This document shows positions 19,635 through 27,543 of a DNA stretch of 43,549 bases, piece after piece. The position numbers were made by a program, and so were the translations under genes. The stretch spans positions 1-43,549 of the forward strand of contig JAVEDJ010000309.1 in assembly GCA_030841025.1 (NCBI GenBank), read 5' to 3'. The notes below the pieces were generated by a model. It had not been told where the DNA came from and did no database searches. It was given only the letters and a program-made list of their open reading frames with translations. Position 1 is the stretch's first letter; each line of letters starts with the position of its first letter. Origin of the DNA: Actinomycetota bacterium (GTDB lineage Bacteria; Actinomycetota; Actinomycetes; JACCUZ01).

Positions 19635-20527
19635 GAGTGCTCCTCTGCGGGATAGCTGCGGGCCACGACATCGCTCTGGAACGCGCGCGCCGCCCCGTCG
19701 AGAGCGGTGCGCAGATCGGCGTACTGCTTGACGAACCGAGGCATCGGTGGCTTGCGCAGCCCCGCCATGTCCTGCCAGACCAGGACCTGACCGTCGCACT
19801 CGGGGCCGGCCCCGATGCCGATGGTCGGGATGGCGAGCTCGGACGTGATGCGCGCCGCGACATCAGCCGGCACCATCTCGAGCACGATGGCGAAGGCGCC
19901 TGCCTCTTCGAGCGCCAGGGCGGCCTTGACGAGGTCGTCGGCACTCTCGCCCCGCCCCTGGACGCGGTAACCACCGAGGGCGTGCTCGCTCTGCGGTGTG
20001 AAGCCGATGTGCGCCATGACCGGGATGCCGGCCTGCACGATGGCCTCGACGTGCGGCGCGACCCGGGCCCCGCCCTCGAGCTTGACGGCGTGGGCGCCGC
20101 CCTCCTTCATGAACCGCACGGCCGTGTCCAGGGCTTGCACCGGTGAGGACTGGTAGGCGCCGAACGGCAGGTCGGCCACGACGAGCGCGCGCCGCGCGCT
20201 GCGGGTCACCGCCCGGACCAGCGGGATGAGCTCGTCCACGGTGACCGGCAGGGTCGTGTCGTAGCCCAACACGTTGTTGGCCGCGGAGTCACCGACCAGC
20301 AGCACCGGGATGCCGGCCTCGTCGAAGATCTCGGCGGCGAACTGCTCGTAGGCGGTCAGCATCGCGAAGCGTTCGCCTCGCTCCTTCATCGCCCGCAGGT
20401 GATGGATGCGCACCCGCTTGCCCGGACCCGCGCCGGTGGACGACCCCGGACCGCTGCCATAGGGCGCGACACCGGCGTCATCGGTGGTCTCGGCGGCGTT
20501 GGGCAGATGGTCGCGTGACTGCGTCAT
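19625..20527 (-). CDS. panB: 3-methyl-2-oxobutanoate hydroxymethyltransferase
   Basis: MLTAYE, LLVGDSA, VADLPFG, VKLEGG, HIGFTPQ, IGIGAG, DGQVLV. Confidence 0.97.
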   Translation of the reverse strand: MTQSRDHLPNAAETTDDAGVAPYGSGPGSSTGAGPGKRVRIHHLRAMKERGERFAMLTAYEQFAAEIFDEAGIPVLLVGDSAANNVLGYDTTLPVTVDELIPLVRAVTRSARRALVVADLPFGAYQSSPVQALDTAVRFMKEGGAHAVKLEGGARVAPHVEAIVQAGIPVMAHIGFTPQSEHALGGYRVQGRGESADDLVKAALALEEAGAFAIVLEMVPADVAARITSELAIPTIGIGAGPECDGQVLVWQDMAGLRKPPMPRFVKQYADLRTALDGAARAFQSDVVARSYPAEEHSYR

Positions 20528-20543
20528 GGGTTACCTCTCGAGG

Positions 20544-20572
20544 CCTCGAGGCTCCCTGGTGGAGTCCCCGGA
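20544..20572 (-). promoter_or_regulatory. Candidate structured RNA in the panB leader (hairpin with two bulged A)
   Basis: UC-CGGGG-A-CUCC-ACCAG-GGAG-CCUCG-A-GG immediately upstream of the panB SD. Confidence 0.45.
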
Positions 20573-20612
20573 CATGACTCCAGGGTGACATGTCCCGGAC
20601 GACGGGTGACGC

Positions 20613-22418
20613 TCAGCCCGCAGGCAGCTGGGTCGGCGGCGACTGGTGCTCGCGCCACTTGTTGGTGATGGGCTGCCGGCGATCACGGCCGAAGGCCTTG
20701 AAGGAGATCTTCGGTCCTGGTGGGTACTGCCGCCGCTTGTACTCCGCGGTGTCGATCATCTTCAGCACCCGCTCGACGAGCTGCTGGTCGAAGCCGGCGG
20801 CAACCAGCTCGCCCGAGCCGCGATCCATCTCGACGTAGTGGTCGAGGATCTCGTCGAGCACTTCGTAGTCGGGCAGGGAGTCGGAGTCGAGCTGTCCGGG
20901 CCGCAGCTCCGCCGACGGTGGCTTGCTGATCGACGCATCGGGAATGGGCGGCGTCTCACCACGGGCTTCGGCGTCCTTGTTGCGCCACCGCGACAGTCGC
21001 CACACCAGCGTCTTGGGCACGTCCTTCAGCGGCGCATAGCCACCCACCGAGTCGCCGTAGAGGGTGGAGTATCCGACCGCCAGCTCGCTCTTGTTGCCGG
21101 TCGCGAGCACGAGGTGACCGTGTTGGTTCGACAGTGCCATCAACGTCGTGCCGCGCACCCGCGCCTGCAGGTTCTCCTCAGCGAGGCCGGTCAGCTCCAG
21201 CGAGCCGTGGAACGCGTCGACCATGGGAGCGATGGGCACGACCCGGAACTGCAGGCCGGTGCGGTCGGCGAGCTCGGCTGCGTCCGACCTTGAGTGCTCG
21301 GACGAGTAGCTGCTCGGCATCGAGACGCCGTGGACATGCTCGCTGCCGAGCGCGTCGACCGCAACGGCGGCGGTGAGCGCCGAGTCGATGCCGCCCGACA
21401 GCCCGAGCACGACGCTCGTGAAGCCGTTCTTCTGGACGTAGTCGCGTAGTCCGGTGACCAGCGCGGCGTACACCTCCGCCTCGTCCTCGATGCGCGGTGC
21501 AATGCCCGCGGTCAACGGGGGGTACAACGGCAGTGGCTGATCGTCGAGCGCTATCCGGCGGATGGTGATGCTGGACATGTCCGGTGCGGGGACGTCGCTG
21601 TCGACGCTGCCCTCGTCGGTGTCGCCGGGCGCGTCGGGCAGATGGAGGTCGATGACGAGCAGGCCCTCCTCGAACTGCGGCGCTCGGGCGATGACCTCGC
21701 CGTCGGTGCCCACCACGATCGAGTCGCCGTCGAAGACGAGCTCGTCCTGACCTCCGACCATGTTGACGTAGGCCAAGGTCGACCCGGCATCGGCCGCGCG
21801 GCGTCGTACCAAGTCCAGGCGCGCGTCGTCCTTGTTGCGCTCGTAGGGCGAGCCGTTGATGACGATGAGCAGCCCGGCGCCGGCCTCCCTTGCCGCGGCG
21901 ACCGGTCCGCCCTCCCGCCAGATGTCCTCGCAGATGACGACGGCGACATCGACAGCGTGCACGCGCGCCACTGTGAGCGAGGAGCCCGGCACGAAGTACC
22001 GGAACTCGTCGAACACCCCGTAGTTGGGCAGATGGTGCTTGGCGTAGCGGCCGACCACCTCACCGCCGTACAGGAACGCCGCGGCGTTCTGCGGCGCCCC
22101 GGCGGGCTTGCCCAGGACGGGGACGGCATCGGGAGCGCCGTCGAGGTGTCCTACGACGACCAGCCGGTCACCGAGGCCATCGGCCTCGAGCTGAGCCGCA
22201 ACGGCGGTCACCGCGGCGCGAGAGGCGTCCTGAAAGGAGCGGCGCAGCGCAAGGTCCTCCACCGGATAGCCGGTCAGGGCCATCTCGGGGAAGGCGATGA
22301 CGTGCGCGCCTTGCTCGGCGGCGTGGCGGCTCCAGCGCAGCACCTGCGCACTGTTGCCGTCGATGTCTCCGACCGTCGGGTTTATCTGGGCGAGGGCAAG
22401 GCGCAACTGGGCCACCAC
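20613..22418 (-). CDS. nadE: Glutamine-dependent NAD+ synthetase
   Basis: Nitrilase domain (FPE, KHHLPNYGVFDE, ICED) plus GLSGGIDS, ENLQAR, TGNKSE, KPPSAEL, EYKRRQ. Start may be the second GTG (22415). Confidence 0.97.
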   Translation of the reverse strand: MVAQLRLALAQINPTVGDIDGNSAQVLRWSRHAAEQGAHVIAFPEMALTGYPVEDLALRRSFQDASRAAVTAVAAQLEADGLGDRLVVVGHLDGAPDAVPVLGKPAGAPQNAAAFLYGGEVVGRYAKHHLPNYGVFDEFRYFVPGSSLTVARVHAVDVAVVICEDIWREGGPVAAAREAGAGLLIVINGSPYERNKDDARLDLVRRRAADAGSTLAYVNMVGGQDELVFDGDSIVVGTDGEVIARAPQFEEGLLVIDLHLPDAPGDTDEGSVDSDVPAPDMSSITIRRIALDDQPLPLYPPLTAGIAPRIEDEAEVYAALVTGLRDYVQKNGFTSVVLGLSGGIDSALTAAVAVDALGSEHVHGVSMPSSYSSEHSRSDAAELADRTGLQFRVVPIAPMVDAFHGSLELTGLAEENLQARVRGTTLMALSNQHGHLVLATGNKSELAVGYSTLYGDSVGGYAPLKDVPKTLVWRLSRWRNKDAEARGETPPIPDASISKPPSAELRPGQLDSDSLPDYEVLDEILDHYVEMDRGSGELVAAGFDQQLVERVLKMIDTAEYKRRQYPPGPKISFKAFGRDRRQPITNKWREHQSPPTQLPAG

Positions 22419-22424
22419 GCAAGC

Positions 22425-24995
22425 CTAGTGCGAGCGAAGATCTCCGTTGCCGGTACGCCGAAGCGGCGTGGGGGCCGCTGCGGGGTCGTCGCCCGACCCG
22501 GCCTCCGGCGTCCGCGTCTGATGCGGTTCGGTCTGCTGATGAAGTCGCGTGGCGAGGCTCGAGAAGTGCTCGGCGAGCCAACGGGTCATCTCGTCGGCCG
22601 GCATCGGCCGCGCGAGCAGGTAGCCCTGGATCAGGTCGCAGCCGAGCTCCTGGAGGATGATCCAGCCGGCCTCGTCCTCGACTCCTTCGGCGACGACACG
22701 CAGGCCGAGGTCGTGGCCGAGGCTGACGACCGCCTTGACGATCGCGAGGTCGTCGCTGTCATGGGCCAGGTTCGCCACGAACTCGCGGTCGATCTTTACT
22801 TCGTGCACCGGCAGGTTGCGCAGCCGGGTGAGCGACGAGTAGCCCGTGCCGAAGTCGTCGACGGACAGGCTCAGGCCCAGGTCGACCATCCGTTCCAGAG
22901 CGGTGACGGCGCGTTCGGGGTCGGAGACGATGGCGCTCTCGGTGACCTCGAGCTTGAGCAGTGCGGCGGGCAGGTTGGCGCGGACCAGCAGTCGGGCGAT
23001 GACGTCGGCCAGCTCGGGCTCGAGCAGGTTGCGCATCGAGACGTTGACCGCCATCTCCACGGGTGTGCCCGCGTCACGCCACGCGGCGCACTGCCGGATG
23101 GCGGTCTCGACGACGAAACGGGTCAGCGGCCGGATCAGGCCGGTGTGCTCGGCCAGCGGGATGAACTCGTCCGGGGCGACGTTGCCCCAGATCGGGTGCT
23201 TCCAGCGCAGCAGTGCCTCGACGCCGGCGACGCGGCCGGTGTCGGGTGCGGCCTGCGGCTGGTAGTGCAGCACGAGCGTGCGCTCGTCGAGCGCACGTGC
23301 CAGGTCGCTGATCAGTGACAGGCGACGTGCGCTGTACGGGTCGCGGTCCGCGGAGTAGTGAGCGACTCCGGCGAGCCGGCGCTTGGCGTCGTACATCGCC
23401 ACCTCGGCGCGACGCAGCAGCAGAGCCGCGGAGGACCCGTCGTGGGGGGCGGTGGCGATGCCGATGCTCCCGGTGACGTCGAGCTCGACCTCACCGAGGT
23501 AGAACGGGTTGCGAAAGTCGCGGCTGATGCGCTGCACCATGCCCTCGATGTGCACGTCGTCGTCGCCGAGGAGTACGGCGAACTCGTCGCCGCCCAGACG
23601 CGCGACGAAGGTCTCCTCGTGCTCGAGCCGCCGCAGCCGCTGGCCTACCTGCTCGATCAGCTGGTCACCGACGTCGTGGCCGAGCGTGTCGTTGACCTCC
23701 TTGAAGCGGTCGAGGTCCATCAGCAGCACTGTCGCCGAGCCGGTGGCGAGCAGGCGCTTCTCCAGCCGCTGCTGGAAGTGCAGCCGGTTGGGCAGGCCGG
23801 TGAGGTGGTCGTGCAGCGACAGGTGCTCGGTCTCGGCAGCCGCCCGCCGGGCCCGGTCGACCAGACCGCTGTTCGCGAGCGCAACGCCGGCGTGCCCGGC
23901 GAGGGCCTCGAACAGCCGGGCATCCTCCCGGTCGAAGGTGCTCACATCGTCGAGGCGGTCGGCCACGATGAGCACCGCGGTCACCTTGCCGGCTTCGCGC
24001 AGCGGCGCGGCCATGCCGTCGCTGTGGCCGCTGCGATGGAGTGCCGCATTGGTGTGCTGCCGACCGGCCCGCTCGATGCGGATGACCTTGCCCTCGCAGG
24101 CCTCACGCCACCAGAAGTCGGGGTCCGCGCCCGGGCCCGGGCAGAGCACGACCTCCGCGTGCTGGGCGCGCAGCAGGCCCCGGGCTTCCCGGACGATGGT
24201 CTCGATCACCGTCTCGTCCGTCACGGCTTCGTCGACAGACCGGGTGAACTGGTAGAGCAGGTCCAGGCGGCCGTAGCGCAGGCGCTGCACGTGGTAGCCG
24301 CGGTAGAGGACGTAGCAGAGGACGGCGAGAACGGCGAGCAATGCCAGTGCGGCCGGGTCGCGCTCGAGCACGAGTGCCGTGATGAGGCCGAGGTCGGTCA
24401 CGACCAAGGTCCCGGCCGCGCCGGTGACGAGGTTGCCTCGGAGGAGGCCGAGATCTGCCCGGCCCTCCCGCAAGGAGATGACCCCGAAGACGGCGACGGT
24501 CGAGACGATGTGGACGAGCTCCGTCGTGACGAGGATGGCCAGCCAAGACTTGGGGTCGCTGGGGTTCGCCGGGATCTGCAGGAATCTCAGCATCCCGCCA
24601 AAAGTTATTGCCGCGACCGTGGCCTGTGTCAGCCAGAGGGCCACATTGAAGGCGACCTTGACGAGCGCCGCACGGTAGAGCAACGCCATCGCGGCGCCCA
24701 CGCCGACCACACCCGCGAGCACGAGCTGGTCGACAGTCAAGAAGAACAGGCCGAGTACGAGCGGCGCCTCATTGAACGACAGCGAGTAGTTCTCGCGCCC
24801 GAACGGTACGTGGATCACAAATCGCTCGCTCAGGGCGAGCATCACCGCCAGGACCGGCCACGAGATGTGGCTGCTGAGCGGCGTCAGATCGGGCGCGAGG
24901 AACCACAACAAGGCGCCAACGACCGTGAGTCCGGCCGTCAACAGCCAGACCCGAAGGTCCGGCGAGGGACGGGTCACCTGGCCAGTGTGGAGCAT
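22425..24995 (-). CDS. Membrane-anchored diguanylate cyclase/phosphodiesterase (multi-TM sensor + GAF + GGDEF + EAL)
   Basis: About 7-8 TM segments, GAF-like region, DHLTGLPNR, DLDRFKEVND.LGH.VGD, RLGGDEF, GVEALLRW, DDFGTGYSSL, EVKID, AEGVE, QGY. Confidence 0.95.
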   Translation of the reverse strand: MLHTGQVTRPSPDLRVWLLTAGLTVVGALLWFLAPDLTPLSSHISWPVLAVMLALSERFVIHVPFGRENYSLSFNEAPLVLGLFFLTVDQLVLAGVVGVGAAMALLYRAALVKVAFNVALWLTQATVAAITFGGMLRFLQIPANPSDPKSWLAILVTTELVHIVSTVAVFGVISLREGRADLGLLRGNLVTGAAGTLVVTDLGLITALVLERDPAALALLAVLAVLCYVLYRGYHVQRLRYGRLDLLYQFTRSVDEAVTDETVIETIVREARGLLRAQHAEVVLCPGPGADPDFWWREACEGKVIRIERAGRQHTNAALHRSGHSDGMAAPLREAGKVTAVLIVADRLDDVSTFDREDARLFEALAGHAGVALANSGLVDRARRAAAETEHLSLHDHLTGLPNRLHFQQRLEKRLLATGSATVLLMDLDRFKEVNDTLGHDVGDQLIEQVGQRLRRLEHEETFVARLGGDEFAVLLGDDDVHIEGMVQRISRDFRNPFYLGEVELDVTGSIGIATAPHDGSSAALLLRRAEVAMYDAKRRLAGVAHYSADRDPYSARRLSLISDLARALDERTLVLHYQPQAAPDTGRVAGVEALLRWKHPIWGNVAPDEFIPLAEHTGLIRPLTRFVVETAIRQCAAWRDAGTPVEMAVNVSMRNLLEPELADVIARLLVRANLPAALLKLEVTESAIVSDPERAVTALERMVDLGLSLSVDDFGTGYSSLTRLRNLPVHEVKIDREFVANLAHDSDDLAIVKAVVSLGHDLGLRVVAEGVEDEAGWIILQELGCDLIQGYLLARPMPADEMTRWLAEHFSSLATRLHQQTEPHQTRTPEAGSGDDPAAAPTPLRRTGNGDLRSH

Positions 24996-25068
24996 CGACC
25001 ATTTGTACGCAGCGAAACGGCCGTGTTGCGCTCCGTGAGGAGCGCCGCACGGCTGCTGCGCGGTGAGC

Positions 25069-25188
25069 CTAGTGCCAGCCGGTCCCGGGGGTGATCAGGT
25101 GCCAGCCGGTGCCGGGGGTGATCAGGTGCCAGCCGGTGCCGGGGGTGATGAGGTGCCAGCCCGTGCCGGGAGTCTTGGTGTCAGACAT
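25069..25188 (-). CDS. 39-aa tandem-repeat peptide MSDTKTPGTGWHLITPGTGWHLITPGTGWHLITPGTGWH
   Basis: Hand translation; GGAG 6 nt before ATG 25188; TAG directly after the last His; all four differences between repeat units are synonymous third-position changes in this frame. Confidence 0.8.
   Translation of the reverse strand: MSDTKTPGTGWHLITPGTGWHLITPGTGWHLITPGTGWH
25072..25173. repeat. 27-bp tandem repeat, about 3.8 copies
   Basis: Unit GTGCCAGCCGGTGCCGGGGGTGATCAG, contiguous with no spacers. Confidence 0.95.
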
Positions 25189-25374
25189 GAGGAGCTCCAA
25201 AGTTGGTCAATACGCCTGTGGGGGTCGGCGTAAGTCCGACTATGGAGAGCGCATCACCACGGAACGCCCATGTGATGCCGTGCTGAATGTAAAACCTTTG
25301 ACTATCGGCATAGTTCGCCGTGACCTTGAGCCCCTTTTGCGCCCGATTTAGGGCAGATCGCACCGGATGTCCAC

Positions 25375-25390
25375 GTAACGTGGCCGAAAC
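25375..25390 (+). promoter_or_regulatory. GlnR box upstream of glnA2
   Basis: GTAAC-GTGGCC-GAAAC fits the gTnAc-n6-GaAAc consensus; CAAGAT lies 7 nt before the ATG. Confidence 0.75.
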
Positions 25391-25413
25391 ACCAGCCCGG
25401 CAAGATCGGCGGC

Positions 25414-26751
25414 ATGGACAAGCAGCAGGAATTCGTGCTCCGGACGCTCGAGGAGCGCGACATCCGCTTCGTGCGGCTGTGGTTCACCGACGTGCTGGGT
25501 TTCCTCAAGTCGGTAGCCATCGCACCGGCGGAGCTCGAGGGCGCCTTCACCGAGGGCATCGGGTTCGACGGCTCCGCGATCGAGGGCTTCGCGCGCGTCT
25601 ACGAGTCCGACATGCTGGCCAAGCCCGACCCCAGCACCTTCCAGGTGCTCCCATGGCGCTCGGAGATGCCCGGCAGTGCCCGGATGTTCTGCGACATCCT
25701 GATGCCCGACGGCACGCCGTCGTACGCGGACCCGCGTCATGTGCTCAAGCGCACGCTGAACAAGGCCGCCGACCTGGGCTTCTCCTTCTACACCCACCCG
25801 GAGATCGAGTTCTTCCTGTTCGAGGGGAGCCCGGTCCCCGGCCAGACGCCGGTCCCGATCGACTCCGGTGGCTACTTCGACCACGCCCCTCACGGGATCG
25901 GCCACGACTTCCGGCGTGACGCGATCACGATGCTCGAGTCGATGGGCATCTCGGTGGAGTTCAGCCACCACGAGGGCGCGCCCGGGCAGCAGGAGATCGA
26001 CCTGCGCTACGCCGACGCGCTGTCGACGGCCGACAACATCATGACCTTCCGCCTGGTGATGAAGGAGGTGGCGCTCGAGCAGAAGGTCTTCGCGTCGTTC
26101 ATGCCCAAGCCGTTCACCGACCATCCCGGCTCGGGCATGCACACGCACCTGTCGTTGTTCGAGGGCGACCGCAACGCCTTCTTCGAGGCGGGGGCGCAGT
26201 ATCAGCTGTCCAAGGTCGGGCGGGCCTTCATCGCCGGCCTCCTGCGCCATGCTCCGGAGATCACCGCGGTCACCAACCTGTGGGTCAACTCCTACAAACG
26301 ACTCTCGGGCGGCGGCGAGGCTCCGTCCTACGTCTCGTGGGGTCACAACAACCGGTCCGCCCTGGTCCGCGTGCCCATGTACAAGCCGAGCAAGGGCGGC
26401 TCCACCAGGGTCGAGATCCGCTCGCCGGACTCGGCGTGCAATCCGTACCTCGCGTTCGCCGTGATGCTTGCTGCCGGGCTCAAGGGCATCGAGGAGAACT
26501 ACGTGCTGCCGGAGGGCGCCGAGGACAACGTCTGGACGCTCACCGATGGTGAGCGACGCGCGCTGGGCATCACGCCGTTGCCGTCCAACCTCGCTGACGC
26601 GATCCGCACCATGGAGGGCAGCGAGCTCGTCGCCGAGACGCTGGGCGAGCACGTCTTCGACTTCTTCCTGCGCAACAAGCGCCAGGAGTGGCTGGACTAC
26701 CGCCGTCAGGTGACGCCCTACGAGCTCGACCGCTACCTGCCGGTCCTCTAG
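25414..26751 (+). CDS. glnA2: Glutamine synthetase-like enzyme, GlnA2 type (GSI-alpha-like)
   Basis: MDKQQEFVLRTLEERDIRFVRLWFTD, FDGSAI, HHEGAPGQQEI, FMPKPF...GSGMHTH, NRSALVR, EIRSPD. Confidence 0.93.
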   Translation: MDKQQEFVLRTLEERDIRFVRLWFTDVLGFLKSVAIAPAELEGAFTEGIGFDGSAIEGFARVYESDMLAKPDPSTFQVLPWRSEMPGSARMFCDILMPDGTPSYADPRHVLKRTLNKAADLGFSFYTHPEIEFFLFEGSPVPGQTPVPIDSGGYFDHAPHGIGHDFRRDAITMLESMGISVEFSHHEGAPGQQEIDLRYADALSTADNIMTFRLVMKEVALEQKVFASFMPKPFTDHPGSGMHTHLSLFEGDRNAFFEAGAQYQLSKVGRAFIAGLLRHAPEITAVTNLWVNSYKRLSGGGEAPSYVSWGHNNRSALVRVPMYKPSKGGSTRVEIRSPDSACNPYLAFAVMLAAGLKGIEENYVLPEGAEDNVWTLTDGERRALGITPLPSNLADAIRTMEGSELVAETLGEHVFDFFLRNKRQEWLDYRRQVTPYELDRYLPVL

Positions 26752-26762
26752 GGGTGGCAGTG

Positions 26763-27509
26763 GTGGCATCGCCTGGTTCACCGCGTGTGCTGGTCGTGCA
26801 GCACGACCCCGACACCGGAGCAGGATGGTTCGGCGAGTGGCTCGACGAGGCGGGCCTGTCCCTCGAGGTGTGCCGTCCCTACGCCGGCGAGGCGCTGCCG
26901 CCCTTTCCGTCGTACGACGCCGCGGTGGTTCTCGGCGGCGCCATGGCGCCGACGGACGACGAACGCTGCCCGTGGCTGCCGGTCGTGCGGCAACGGATGC
27001 GCGAAGCGGTCGACGCGGTGACACCGCTACTGGGCATCTGCCTCGGCGCGCAGCTCCTGGCGCTTGCCTGCGGTGGCACGGTCCGCCGCGGCGTGAACGG
27101 TCCGGAGCTCGGCGTACTCGACATCGAGCTCCACCCCGCTGCCGCCGCTGACGCGCTCTTCGCCCGCATGCCCCCGACGGCGCCCGTCGTGCAGTGGCAC
27201 TGGGAGGAGATCGTCTCGGTGCCCCCTGACGCCACCGTGCTGGCGGGCAGCGCGCTCTACGCCAACCAGGTGTTCCGCGTCGGCGGCCGCGCCTGGGGTG
27301 TGCAGGGCCACCCGGAGGTCACGGGGCACATCGCCCAGGCGTGGGCGCGCGAGGAAGGCCCGCTGGTGCTCGCCGCGGGGCGCGACCCGCGCGAGCTGGT
27401 GGCCGAGGTGCGTGAGCACGAGCCCGCGCTGGCGGGGACGTGGCGACCGGTGGCCGACGCGTTCGCCCAGCTGGTGCACGACCAGGTCGCCGCGTTCCCC
27501 GCCCACTAG
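26763..27509 (+). CDS. Class I glutamine amidotransferase-like protein
   Basis: VLVVQH, VLGG, LGICLGAQ (Cys nucleophile), QWH, QGHPE. Start uncertain among GTG 26754/26760/26763. Confidence 0.9.
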   Translation: MASPGSPRVLVVQHDPDTGAGWFGEWLDEAGLSLEVCRPYAGEALPPFPSYDAAVVLGGAMAPTDDERCPWLPVVRQRMREAVDAVTPLLGICLGAQLLALACGGTVRRGVNGPELGVLDIELHPAAAADALFARMPPTAPVVQWHWEEIVSVPPDATVLAGSALYANQVFRVGGRAWGVQGHPEVTGHIAQAWAREEGPLVLAAGRDPRELVAEVREHEPALAGTWRPVADAFAQLVHDQVAAFPAH

Positions 27510-27543
27510 TTTGGGCGGTTGTGACAGTTGGGCTGAGGTGAGG

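Noticed and set aside
25072-25173. 27-bp repeats as a CRISPR array
   Set aside because: The units are contiguous with no unique spacers, no cas genes are present, and variation is codon-synonymous.
25091-25351. Plus-strand 86-aa ORF with IRCQPVPGV repeats
   Set aside because: No SD; one repeat difference is non-synonymous in this frame (I to M); it runs into non-coding-looking sequence. The minus-strand frame explains the repeats better.
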